DNA of 64,000 nt from an uncultured Acholeplasmataceae bacterium (GTDB lineage Bacteria; Bacillota_I; Bacilli_A; RF39; UBA660), in assembly GCA_905203475.1 (NCBI GenBank), contig CAJKWD010000002.1, positions 1,658 to 65,657 of the forward strand, in the 5' to 3' direction. The notes under the pieces were generated by a model. The model made no database searches. It was not told where the DNA came from and saw nothing but the letters and a program-made list of their open reading frames with translations. Shown here in pieces: positions 17,351 to 26,628 of the stretch; the stretch's first letter is position 1, and every line of letters starts with the position of its first letter. A program made the position numbers and the translations under genes.

Positions 17351-19198
17351 ATGAGACGTAAAAAGAAGAAAACAGTTGAGAAATTTACTTATGAGAAAAC
17401 CAAAAAAAGAGAAAAATTTACAAAAGTAGATTGGGTTTGTCTAAGTATTATTGTGATTATTTTTGCTATTTTCGCATTTTCTCATTTAGGAACGACGAAG
17501 ATGGCTAATACGTATTGGAAGCCAGATATGAGTGGTGATTCTGTTATATTAGATATTGGTGATGCAGAAATAGACGCTATTTATTATTTAGTAGGAGTTG
17601 GAAATGATCCTTATGGAAATGTAGCTGATTTAAAAGATGTTAACTTTGAAATAGAAGCATCTGCTGATCAAATCAATTGGAAACCAGTCTCTTTAATTAA
17701 TGATATATCAATGTATAGTTGGACAGAAATACCTGTTTCTATTATTGGAAATCGCTATATACGAATACGAGGCTATCATACCGCAGTGGTAATGAATGAA
17801 ATTGGATTTAAAATAGCTGGTAAACAAAAACTGGCACAAGTAAAATACGTCGATGGAACAAGTTATTCCTATACAGGGAAAGAATTAATTGATGAACAAG
17901 ATAAAATATCATTGAATCCATCTTATTATGATTCCACTTATTTTGATGAGATATATCATGCGAGAACTGCTTATGAACAATTAAAAGGGTATCCAATTTA
18001 TGAGAATACACACCCAGTCTTAGGAAAAGAAATAATATCAATTGGGATTGCTATATTTGGTATGAATCCATTTGGATGGAGAGTAGCAGGTGTTGTCTTT
18101 GGTATTCTCATGTTACCAATCTTATATGAATTTTTAAAACAAATATTTAAAAAACCAATTATTTGTTTTATTGGCACTTTTCTCTTTGCCTTTGATTTTA
18201 TGCATTTTACTCAATCTAGAATTGCTACCATTGATACTTATGCCGTTATATTTACAATACTGATTTACTATTTCATGTATCGTTATTATCGGACGAGTTT
18301 TTACGATACTGATTTAAAGAAAACGTATAAACCATTGTTATGGTGTGGAATCTTTGTTGGAATTGGGTTTGCTAGTAAATGGAATGTTGCCTATGGCTTT
18401 ATTGGAATTGCTGTCTTGTTCTTTATGAATATCTATCGTCGTTATAAAGAATATATACATGCCAAAGAAATGGTCACAGTAAAGCATTCAACAGATGAAA
18501 TGGATCAACACGTATATGAAAGTTTTATTCCTAACTTAAAAAAGACAATTCTTCGTTGTATTTTATACTTTGTAATTATTCCATTATTGATTTATTATCT
18601 TTCTTTTATATTTATTTATGATATAACAAATATTGTCCAGTATACAAAAGATGTCATTGATTACAATGTTCATATGTTTCAATATCATAATGATTTAGTT
18701 GCTTCACATCCATATCAGTCTGCTTGGTATGAGTGGCCATTGATCATACGTCCAATTTGGTATGCATGGAATGAATCAACTGTTCAAATGGGAGCGGTAA
18801 GTAGTATTTCTGCCTTTGGAAATCCATTTGTATGGTGGGGTGGATTGATTGCTATGATAATTACTTTGATATTTGCCATCAAAAAGAAAGATAAAATTGC
18901 TTGGTTTATCGTTATCGGTTATCTCTCTGTTTATCTACCGTGGGTTTATATCACCAGAATTACATTTATTTATCACTATTATCCAGCTGTTATTTTCTTA
19001 GTTCTAGCACTTGCATATATTGCAAATAAAATAGTAGAAAAATGGAAATGGGGTAAACAATGTATTCTAATTTATGCGTCATTATCATTTATTTGTTTTA
19101 TATACTTTTATCCAATTTTATCAGGAAGTTGGACGACGAGAGAATATTTAAAACAATTACAGTGGTTTCCAACATGGACTTTTATGACAGGTGATTGA
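17351..19198 (+). CDS. GT-C fold, PMT/GT39-like polyprenol-phosphate-sugar protein glycosyltransferase with a discoidin-like loop insertion
   Basis: YFDEIYHARTAYE...YENTHPVLGKE..GI..FGMNPFGWR (the loop-1 DE motif of the PMT family). More than 10 TM segments. C-terminal HPYQSAWYEWPL. Residues ~55-160 resemble an F5/8 type C domain (FEIEASADQINWKPV...NRYIRIRG). Confidence 0.75.
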   Translation: MRRKKKKTVEKFTYEKTKKREKFTKVDWVCLSIIVIIFAIFAFSHLGTTKMANTYWKPDMSGDSVILDIGDAEIDAIYYLVGVGNDPYGNVADLKDVNFEIEASADQINWKPVSLINDISMYSWTEIPVSIIGNRYIRIRGYHTAVVMNEIGFKIAGKQKLAQVKYVDGTSYSYTGKELIDEQDKISLNPSYYDSTYFDEIYHARTAYEQLKGYPIYENTHPVLGKEIISIGIAIFGMNPFGWRVAGVVFGILMLPILYEFLKQIFKKPIICFIGTFLFAFDFMHFTQSRIATIDTYAVIFTILIYYFMYRYYRTSFYDTDLKKTYKPLLWCGIFVGIGFASKWNVAYGFIGIAVLFFMNIYRRYKEYIHAKEMVTVKHSTDEMDQHVYESFIPNLKKTILRCILYFVIIPLLIYYLSFIFIYDITNIVQYTKDVIDYNVHMFQYHNDLVASHPYQSAWYEWPLIIRPIWYAWNESTVQMGAVSSISAFGNPFVWWGGLIAMIITLIFAIKKKDKIAWFIVIGYLSVYLPWVYITRITFIYHYYPAVIFLVLALAYIANKIVEKWKWGKQCILIYASLSFICFIYFYPILSGSWTTREYLKQLQWFPTWTFMTGD

Positions 19199-19214
19199 TT
19201 CACCTGTTTTTATT
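19187..19214 (+). terminator. Rho-independent terminator
   Basis: acaggtga-ttgat-tcacctgt perfect 8-bp stem followed by TTTTaTT. Confidence 0.8.
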
Positions 19215-19241
19215 GCGATAAATGTGTAAAGATGATACAAT
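19213..19241 (+). promoter_or_regulatory. Sigma-A promoter of pilin-like gene 1 (TTGCGA-17-TACAAT, TG-extended)
   Basis: -35 at 19213-19218 and -10 at 19236-19241. Confidence 0.5.
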
Positions 19242-19266
19242 AAAAGTATCATAGGGAGTGGTTAAG

Positions 19267-20997
19267 GTGAAGATGTCAAAGAAAGCATTTACTTTAATTG
19301 AGTTAATTGGAGTAATTGCTGTTCTAGCGGTTATTTTACTTGTGGCATTACCTTCATTGACGAGAACATTACGTAATAATGCAAATCAGCAATATGAAAG
19401 TGTATTGAGTGATATTTTTTTAGCAGCAGAACAGTATACTTTAATAAATAAAGCGCAATTTCCTCAACTGGAAACACCAGGAGGAAGAGCTACTGTTACA
19501 ATTAAAGAATTAAAAGAAGCAGGTTATTTAAGTCAGAATTTAGAAAATCCAAAAACAGGAGAGAAGTTTCTAGACACAGATTATGTATTAATTGAAATAA
19601 ATAATGATTATACTAGAAATTACAAATTTAATGAAGGAGAAGCAACTGCAAGTCCTGATGCTACCGCACCTACTTATGCAGTAAATCCAGGAGCAGCAGT
19701 ATGGACCAATCAAGGCAAAACAGTAACTATTCATTATCCTGATGTTAGTAAAAACAGATATATATTTGAATATTCTCTAGATGGCGGAATCCATTGGACA
19801 ATAACACAAGAATTAAATACCGAAATATGGTTTTCTGAAAATGGTTCTATTATCGCACGAGTAAGAGATTCATATAATGAACGAGATAATTTAAATGGAG
19901 GAGTATTTAATGTAACAAGAATTGATAAGATACCCCCAACTTGTGTATCATCAGGAGGAAGTACTGAATGGACAAATGGTACAAGAAAGATTATTGGAGT
20001 ATGTAGTGATACAGGTGGATCCGGATGCAAAGGTAATATTTCATATACATATAATGCTGCAGAAAATACCAATTGGAATATTAATAACGCAGGACCAGCA
20101 GGAGCAGGACAGGCAGGGACTGTTTATGATAATGCTGGAAATAGTGCTCCATGTCAGGCCAATCAATCGATTCGTTTAGATCGAAAAAAACCAACATGTA
20201 CAAGTAGTGGTGGTAACTCTAATTGGGTAATAGGAGGATCTGTTAAATTAACTGGTACATGTAATGATGATGGCTCAGGATGTAAGGGAAATGTTACTAA
20301 GACGTTTTATCCAGAAACAGATACATCAACTGCATCTCCAGGAACTGTATATGATAAAGCTGGAAACAGTACAGTTTGCCCAGCCAACCAACATGTTCAT
20401 GTTACGAATAAATTAGATGCCCCAATTATTACGAATCCGACTGGAGGAAATTGGGTAAACTACAGTTATGCATTAACAGTAAAAACACCAAATAATAAAG
20501 TGAATGTCGCCTACTGGCAATGGCGATATGCAAACACGAGTTGGGCGACATATTCAAATTCCGCTAAAAACACATTTACAACTACTCAATACACAACAGA
20601 ACGTAATGAAGCAACATATATTCGTTATTGTATATCAAGTGGCCAATGTTCTTCTGAAGCGTCTACAATGATTCGTATTGATAAAACACCACCATATTGG
20701 AGAGTTGCAATGCATGCGGGAGGATACCATTATTCAGATGGATCTTATCAACCTTTTACCTGCTATGCGAAAATTGATATATATGATTCTGCTTCAGGAT
20801 TAGAAGGTATATATAATTTAGTTGGAAATTCTGGATCAATTATGATGGAACATGGTCCATTATATGGTGCTGCGGCAACAGGACCAGATGGATTTGTTAT
20901 GGGAAGCTTTGGTGCTTATTATGCATATTATGGATTCTCAGTTTGTGATATGGTAGGAAATTGTGCGAATCAACCAAGAGTTGCTGGATATTGTTAG
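19267..20997 (+). CDS. Large modular type IV pilin-like protein 1 (prepilin N-terminal cleavage/methylation domain plus 4-Cys modules)
   Basis: KKA|FTLIELIGVIAVLAVILL class III signal with Glu+5. A small pilin head is followed by two D..(P)PTC...GSGCKG...D(N/K)AGNS..C modules. The start is ambiguous (GTG 19258, GTG 19267 or ATG 19273); GGGAG RBS at 19254-19258. Confidence 0.85.
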   Translation: MKMSKKAFTLIELIGVIAVLAVILLVALPSLTRTLRNNANQQYESVLSDIFLAAEQYTLINKAQFPQLETPGGRATVTIKELKEAGYLSQNLENPKTGEKFLDTDYVLIEINNDYTRNYKFNEGEATASPDATAPTYAVNPGAAVWTNQGKTVTIHYPDVSKNRYIFEYSLDGGIHWTITQELNTEIWFSENGSIIARVRDSYNERDNLNGGVFNVTRIDKIPPTCVSSGGSTEWTNGTRKIIGVCSDTGGSGCKGNISYTYNAAENTNWNINNAGPAGAGQAGTVYDNAGNSAPCQANQSIRLDRKKPTCTSSGGNSNWVIGGSVKLTGTCNDDGSGCKGNVTKTFYPETDTSTASPGTVYDKAGNSTVCPANQHVHVTNKLDAPIITNPTGGNWVNYSYALTVKTPNNKVNVAYWQWRYANTSWATYSNSAKNTFTTTQYTTERNEATYIRYCISSGQCSSEASTMIRIDKTPPYWRVAMHAGGYHYSDGSYQPFTCYAKIDIYDSASGLEGIYNLVGNSGSIMMEHGPLYGAAATGPDGFVMGSFGAYYAYYGFSVCDMVGNCANQPRVAGYC

Positions 20998-20999
20998 AA

Positions 21000-21027
21000 A
21001 GGGAGAAATTTCTCGCCTTTTAATTAG
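21000..21027 (+). terminator. Imperfect hairpin followed by TTTT
   Basis: aaaggGAGAaattTCTCgccttt. Confidence 0.45.
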
Positions 21028-21061
21028 CATATAGTAAATTTCATGCATTGTATTTTCCTGC

Positions 21062-21090
21062 TTGAAAACATGTGAAAAGTATTGTAAAAT
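21062..21090 (+). promoter_or_regulatory. Sigma-A promoter of pilin-like gene 2 (TTGAAA-17-TAAAAT)
   Basis: -35 at 21062-21067 and -10 at 21085-21090. Confidence 0.5.
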
Positions 21091-21130
21091 TGTTATATGA
21101 ACATAAGAGATTATATACAGGAGGTTATAT

Positions 21131-22918
21131 ATGAGCAGTGAGATGCGATTGAAAAAGGGTTTTACATTAATTGAATTAATTGGAGTAATTGCTGTTTTAG
21201 CAGTTATTTTATTGATAGCACTTCCAACGATTACAAGCTCTGTTCGTCGTAATAATGAGCAAAAATACGCAAATACATTACAAGACATTTATTTAGCTGC
21301 AGAACAGTATACCCTAACTTATAAGGAAAAATTTCCTCAGTTAGATGAATCGGGTGGACGTGTAAAAGTTACGATAGCCGATTTGAAAGAAGCAGGTTAT
21401 TTAGATCAGCATTTAGAAAATCCTAAAACGGGGAAAGAATTTCTAGATACAGATTATGTATTAGTAGAAGTAGATAAAGATTATACAAGAAAATATAAAT
21501 TTAATGAAGGAGAAGAAACAAAAACCCCAGATACTACAGCACCTACTTATACTGTAAATCCAGGTGCAACTGTATGGACGAACAAAGGGAAGACAGTAAC
21601 GATTCATTACCCTAATGTCAGTAAAAATAGATATGTATTTGAATATTCTTTAGATGGTGGTGTCCACTGGATTGTAACCCAAGAATTAAATACAAATGTA
21701 TGGTTTGCCGATAATGGCAATATTATCGCAAGAGTTAGGGATACATACAACGAGCGCGAAAGCCTCAATGGAGGAGTATTTAATGTAACAAAAATTGATA
21801 AAATTCCACCAACATGTAAGAGTTCTGGAGGAAGTAATGATTGGACTGGGGGCTCAAGAACAATTACAGGAATATGTAGCGATACTGGTGGTTCTGGTTG
21901 CAAAGGGAACATCTCTTATACATATAATGGAACTACAGGAGAAAATTACAGTATTACCAATGCCGGACCAGCTGGAGTTGGAAAAGCGGGTGTTGTTTAT
22001 GATAATGCTGGAAATAGTGCTACTTGTCAGGCCAATCAAACAGTAAAGATTGATAAGAAAGCACCGACTTGTACGACAAGTAAGAAAGTAAATACAAGTT
22101 CTGTAACAATTACTGGAACTTGTAGTGATACAGGTGGCTCTGGATGTAAAGGAAATGCCACTAAAACCGTAACTGCTAATGGAAGTTATTCACCAGGTAG
22201 TGTTTCTGATAATGTTGGTCATACTACTACTTGTCCATCGACAAATGTAACGGAAGTAGATAAAACACCGCCAAATTGTCCAACTGTTACAGCAGACCAT
22301 ACAGCCAATAAATGGACAAAAGATAATGTGGTATTAACAATTACCCCAACAAGTGATACGAAAAGTTGGGATTGGTATAGAGGAGAAGGAAACGGAACAT
22401 ATACCTATGTTGATAACAATACTGGAAAGAAAACCAAAACATTATCTAATTCCGGAAAAATATCTGGACAAATCGTCGTTCGTGATGCTGCAGGAAATAG
22501 CCGTACATGTTTTACATCTAGTTATTGGATTGATAAAGTAAAACCATTATCACCAAAATATTCTAGTATTGAGATATCTGGAGGAACCGTGACATCAAAT
22601 GATTGTGGAGGAAAAGGTGGAACAGCGTCTGATGTAAGTTGTACCATTAATATTAGAGGAAGAAGATATAGTGCAGTTAGTTTTGAATTTAATACAGTTG
22701 AAAAAGATCAACATTCAGGAGTAAGTTATTCACAATATAAATGGAATCACAATGGAAGTGGAACAAAATGTCCAAACTGGTTTACAGGAGATTGTGGAGA
22801 TTGGAAGGCTGGAGTTGGAGGAACATTTACATATACGGATTTCGCATGGCGAAGTGTAGATAACGTTGGAAATGCAGGATATGCATTAAATATTAGAGTT
22901 AATTTTACATGGTATTAA
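21131..22918 (+). CDS. Large modular type IV pilin-like protein 2
   Basis: MSSEMRLKKG|FTLIELIGVIAVLA. The N-terminal ~330 aa are homologous to protein 1. The C-terminal ~322 aa are identical to protein 3. Confidence 0.9.
   Translation: MSSEMRLKKGFTLIELIGVIAVLAVILLIALPTITSSVRRNNEQKYANTLQDIYLAAEQYTLTYKEKFPQLDESGGRVKVTIADLKEAGYLDQHLENPKTGKEFLDTDYVLVEVDKDYTRKYKFNEGEETKTPDTTAPTYTVNPGATVWTNKGKTVTIHYPNVSKNRYVFEYSLDGGVHWIVTQELNTNVWFADNGNIIARVRDTYNERESLNGGVFNVTKIDKIPPTCKSSGGSNDWTGGSRTITGICSDTGGSGCKGNISYTYNGTTGENYSITNAGPAGVGKAGVVYDNAGNSATCQANQTVKIDKKAPTCTTSKKVNTSSVTITGTCSDTGGSGCKGNATKTVTANGSYSPGSVSDNVGHTTTCPSTNVTEVDKTPPNCPTVTADHTANKWTKDNVVLTITPTSDTKSWDWYRGEGNGTYTYVDNNTGKKTKTLSNSGKISGQIVVRDAAGNSRTCFTSSYWIDKVKPLSPKYSSIEISGGTVTSNDCGGKGGTASDVSCTINIRGRRYSAVSFEFNTVEKDQHSGVSYSQYKWNHNGSGTKCPNWFTGDCGDWKAGVGGTFTYTDFAWRSVDNVGNAGYALNIRVNFTWY
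21950..22917 (+). repeat. 968-bp direct repeat, copy A (3' end of pilin-like gene 2)
   Basis: Reading both copies side by side, I found no mismatch to 25637-26604 (offset 3687). Identity ends at the third base of the stop codon (TAA versus TAG). Confidence 0.9.
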
Positions 22919-22965
22919 AATCATCAATCGTAAATACTAAGAAAAATGCCAACTTACAATTGCAA

Positions 22966-22990
22966 CCGCACCAAAATGGTGCGGCTTTTT
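22966..22990 (+). terminator. Rho-independent terminator between gene 2 and convergent sigG
   Basis: ccgcacca-aaa-tggtgcgg followed by cTTTTT. Confidence 0.8.
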
Positions 22991-23003
22991 ATATATCTCA
23001 ATT

Positions 23004-23780
23004 TTATTGAATCATTTTTTTGATATGATCAATCCCAGATTTTTCTAATCGTGAGATTTGAGCTTGACTAATACCAATTTCTTCTGCCAATTCCATTTGT
23101 GTTTTACCAATAAAATATCTAGAAGTAAGAACATAGCGTTCTTTTTCTTTTAATTTTTGTAACGCATCATGTAAAGCAATTTTAGTTTCTAAAGAATAGT
23201 TCTTATTCTTTTTATCTTCTAATTGATCCTCTAAATAAATCGTATCTCCACCATCATTATAGATAGGTTCAAACATGGAAATCGCCTCTTTTAATGAATC
23301 TAAAGCGTTACTTACTTCATATTCTGATAGATTCAGTTCCTTCGCTACTTCTCTAATTGTAGGTTCTTTTCCTTGGATAGCAGTTAATTCTTCTTTTTTC
23401 TTTAATGCTTTATATGCAGTATCTTTGATACTTCTAGCAATCCTAACACTATTATTATCTCTCAGGTATCTTTTTACTTCACCTAGAATCATGGGTACAC
23501 TGTAGGTGGAAAATTTTACTTCATATGATAAATCAAAATGATCAATGGCTTTAATTAAACCAATACAACCAACTTGAAACAGATCATCCATGTTATCGAC
23601 ACGGTGATTAAATTTTTTTAAAACGCTTAACACGAGTTTTAAATTTCCTTGTATTAACTGATCCTTGGCAGATAAGTCACCTTGTTTTAATTTTTGAAAT
23701 AATTGAATCATTTCTTCATTAGTTAAAACTTTAATATTCGCAGTATTCACGCCACAAATTTCTACTTTGTGTCGTGCCAT
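23004..23780 (-). CDS. sigG: Sporulation sigma factor G
   Basis: MARHKVEICGVNT..., DLFQVGCIGLIKAIDHFD, KFSTYSVPMILGEVKRYLRDN, ISQAQISRLEK. AAGGAG RBS upstream of ATG 23780. The gene is on the opposite strand to spoIIGA-sigE. Confidence 0.93.
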   Translation of the reverse strand: MARHKVEICGVNTANIKVLTNEEMIQLFQKLKQGDLSAKDQLIQGNLKLVLSVLKKFNHRVDNMDDLFQVGCIGLIKAIDHFDLSYEVKFSTYSVPMILGEVKRYLRDNNSVRIARSIKDTAYKALKKKEELTAIQGKEPTIREVAKELNLSEYEVSNALDSLKEAISMFEPIYNDGGDTIYLEDQLEDKKNKNYSLETKIALHDALQKLKEKERYVLTSRYFIGKTQMELAEEIGISQAQISRLEKSGIDHIKKMIQ

Positions 23781-23847
23781 AAATAGCTCCTTTCTGTCTA
23801 TTAGAATATTGTACAAAAAAAGAGGGATTATACATCTATCTTGATAC

Positions 23848-23876
23848 TTGCAATATGTAGTGAAATATTATAAAAT
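23848..23876 (+). promoter_or_regulatory. Sigma-A promoter of pilin-like gene 3 (TTGCAA-17-TAAAAT)
   Basis: -35 at 23848-23853 and -10 at 23871-23876. Confidence 0.5.
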
Positions 23877-23902
23877 AAAAGATAGATAATAGGAGGCTAT
23901 GT

Positions 23903-26605
23903 ATGAGCAGTGGGATACGAATAAAAAAAGGATTTACATTAATTGAATTATTAGCTGTGATTGTAATTATTGCCGTGATTGCGTTGATCACATATCCAAC
24001 GGTTAATCGCGTAATTACCAATTCCAGGATGACAGCACTAAAAAATAGTGCTGAAGCATTATTGAAAGAAACAAATTTGCAAACAGCGATGGATAAAGTG
24101 GAAGGAAATACGCAAATTTTAATTACCGATGAAAGATTAAAATTAAAAAATAATCAATTTATTGGTGGTTTTATTTTTAAGAATGCAAATGGAAAATTAG
24201 AATTAAAAAATGTGACAAATGGATCATTTTGTATCAATGGAACAAGTGGAAATTTAAAAATTGAAAAAGGAAACTGTAGCTATTCAGATACTTCTGCCCC
24301 AACATTGACACTACAAACTGGATATATTGGTGCGACAGAAGCAATGGTACTTGCTAACGGATCTGATAATGAATCTGGCATTCGTGGATATGAATATAAA
24401 ATAGGGGATGGAAGTTATACTAAAGTATTAGGTAGTAATTTTTATCAATTTGAAGGATTAAAGAGAAATACAAGTTATAAAGTAACAGTCAGAGTCACAA
24501 ATGGAGCTGGTCTTACAACTGAAAAAAGCATTACATTTAAAACGAAAAGTATATCAGCAGCTACATTTATAGTGAGTGGTGCTTCAAAGTGGACAAATAA
24601 AAAAGATGTAACGATTAATTATCCAACCAGAGTAAGTGGCGTTACATATCGTTATAAAATAGGCAGTGGTAATTGGCAAGTACTTACGAGTGGTAAGAAA
24701 AAAGAGTTAGAAGTAAAAGAGAATACAACAATTTATGCAGAAGTGATATTAAATGGAGAAACAGTGAGTTCAAATGTTAGTATTACAAAAATAGATAATA
24801 CACCACCTGTTATTACAAGCATTAAACCAAATACAACATCTTGGGCACGTCAAGTAACGATTCAAGTCATTGCCACAGATACTCCATCTGGAATTGCTGG
24901 ATATTCATTTGACGATGGAGCAACATGGACAAGTGCCCCAACATATACTACAACTAAAAATGGAACTTATAAAATTAAAGTAAAAGATTATGCGAATAAC
25001 ATCGCAAGTGGGAAAATCACTATTAAAAATATCGATAGAACAGGACCTAAATGTGTTAGTAGTGGTGGAAGTAAGACGTGGACAAATCAATCGAGAACGA
25101 TTGTTGGTACTTGTATCGATGATGGAGAAGGTGCAGGATGTGTTTCCAAAACAGTTTCTAAGACAATTAGTACTGACGCTAATGCAACTATGTCACCAGG
25201 TGTTGTAAAAGATGAAGCAGGAAATGAAACAACATGTCCAGCTACTGAAGTTGTTAGAGTAGATAAAACAAAACCAACATGTACTGTATCCTTGAGTAAT
25301 ACAAATTGGACAAATAAAGCAGTTACTGCATATGGTAAGTGTCAAGATTCACTAAGTGGTTGTATAACAAATAATCTTAAGAAAGAATATACAACACAGA
25401 TGAATGATAAAGTAACTTTAGGTACAGTAAAAGATAAAGCTGGAAATGAGACAAATTGTACTTCTAGCCAAAATATCAAAATAGATACAACTCCTCCTAC
25501 TTGTACATCTTCTGGAGGAAGTACTGTTTGGACTAGTGGAACAAGAACAATTACCGGAGTATGTAATGATACTGGTGGTTCTGGATGTAAGGGTAATATT
25601 TCATATACATATAATGGAACTTCCGGTCAAAACTATAGTATTACCAATGCCGGACCAGCTGGAGTTGGAAAAGCGGGTGTTGTTTATGATAATGCTGGAA
25701 ATAGTGCTACTTGTCAGGCCAATCAAACAGTAAAGATTGATAAGAAAGCACCGACTTGTACGACAAGTAAGAAAGTAAATACAAGTTCTGTAACAATTAC
25801 TGGAACTTGTAGTGATACAGGTGGCTCTGGATGTAAAGGAAATGCCACTAAAACCGTAACTGCTAATGGAAGTTATTCACCAGGTAGTGTTTCTGATAAT
25901 GTTGGTCATACTACTACTTGTCCATCGACAAATGTAACGGAAGTAGATAAAACACCGCCAAATTGTCCAACTGTTACAGCAGACCATACAGCCAATAAAT
26001 GGACAAAAGATAATGTGGTATTAACAATTACCCCAACAAGTGATACGAAAAGTTGGGATTGGTATAGAGGAGAAGGAAACGGAACATATACCTATGTTGA
26101 TAACAATACTGGAAAGAAAACCAAAACATTATCTAATTCCGGAAAAATATCTGGACAAATCGTCGTTCGTGATGCTGCAGGAAATAGCCGTACATGTTTT
26201 ACATCTAGTTATTGGATTGATAAAGTAAAACCATTATCACCAAAATATTCTAGTATTGAGATATCTGGAGGAACCGTGACATCAAATGATTGTGGAGGAA
26301 AAGGTGGAACAGCGTCTGATGTAAGTTGTACCATTAATATTAGAGGAAGAAGATATAGTGCAGTTAGTTTTGAATTTAATACAGTTGAAAAAGATCAACA
26401 TTCAGGAGTAAGTTATTCACAATATAAATGGAATCACAATGGAAGTGGAACAAAATGTCCAAACTGGTTTACAGGAGATTGTGGAGATTGGAAGGCTGGA
26501 GTTGGAGGAACATTTACATATACGGATTTCGCATGGCGAAGTGTAGATAACGTTGGAAATGCAGGATATGCATTAAATATTAGAGTTAATTTTACATGGT
26601 ATTAG
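23903..26605 (+). CDS. Large modular type IV pilin-like protein 3 (900 aa)
   Basis: MSSGIRIKKG|FTLIELLAVIVIIAVIAL. Pilin head, then FN3/Ig-like modules (SGIRGYEYKIGDG.., SGIAGYSFDDGATW), four 4-Cys modules, and a C-terminus shared with protein 2. Confidence 0.9.
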   Translation: MSSGIRIKKGFTLIELLAVIVIIAVIALITYPTVNRVITNSRMTALKNSAEALLKETNLQTAMDKVEGNTQILITDERLKLKNNQFIGGFIFKNANGKLELKNVTNGSFCINGTSGNLKIEKGNCSYSDTSAPTLTLQTGYIGATEAMVLANGSDNESGIRGYEYKIGDGSYTKVLGSNFYQFEGLKRNTSYKVTVRVTNGAGLTTEKSITFKTKSISAATFIVSGASKWTNKKDVTINYPTRVSGVTYRYKIGSGNWQVLTSGKKKELEVKENTTIYAEVILNGETVSSNVSITKIDNTPPVITSIKPNTTSWARQVTIQVIATDTPSGIAGYSFDDGATWTSAPTYTTTKNGTYKIKVKDYANNIASGKITIKNIDRTGPKCVSSGGSKTWTNQSRTIVGTCIDDGEGAGCVSKTVSKTISTDANATMSPGVVKDEAGNETTCPATEVVRVDKTKPTCTVSLSNTNWTNKAVTAYGKCQDSLSGCITNNLKKEYTTQMNDKVTLGTVKDKAGNETNCTSSQNIKIDTTPPTCTSSGGSTVWTSGTRTITGVCNDTGGSGCKGNISYTYNGTSGQNYSITNAGPAGVGKAGVVYDNAGNSATCQANQTVKIDKKAPTCTTSKKVNTSSVTITGTCSDTGGSGCKGNATKTVTANGSYSPGSVSDNVGHTTTCPSTNVTEVDKTPPNCPTVTADHTANKWTKDNVVLTITPTSDTKSWDWYRGEGNGTYTYVDNNTGKKTKTLSNSGKISGQIVVRDAAGNSRTCFTSSYWIDKVKPLSPKYSSIEISGGTVTSNDCGGKGGTASDVSCTINIRGRRYSAVSFEFNTVEKDQHSGVSYSQYKWNHNGSGTKCPNWFTGDCGDWKAGVGGTFTYTDFAWRSVDNVGNAGYALNIRVNFTWY
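25034..26218 (+). repeat. Tandem ~70-90-aa 4-Cys modules within gene 3
   Basis: Module starts are at 25034, 25262, 25484, 25739 and 25946. Each reads D..(P)P.C ... G.C.D..(S)GC ... D.AGN...C. Confidence 0.7.
25637..26604 (+). repeat. 968-bp direct repeat, copy B (3' end of pilin-like gene 3)
   Basis: See copy A. Confidence 0.9.
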
Positions 26606-26628
26606 AAAGTGATATAGTGAGGTGAGGT

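Noticed and set aside
19922-20179. Alternate-frame and antisense ORFs inside the pilin genes (19922-20179, 21795-22046, 25536-25733, 22353-22541, 26040-26228, 19734-20072, 21607-21912)
   Set aside because: Their apparent conservation in two or three copies simply reflects the DNA paralogy of the pilin modules. They lack RBSs and overlap strongly supported ORFs.
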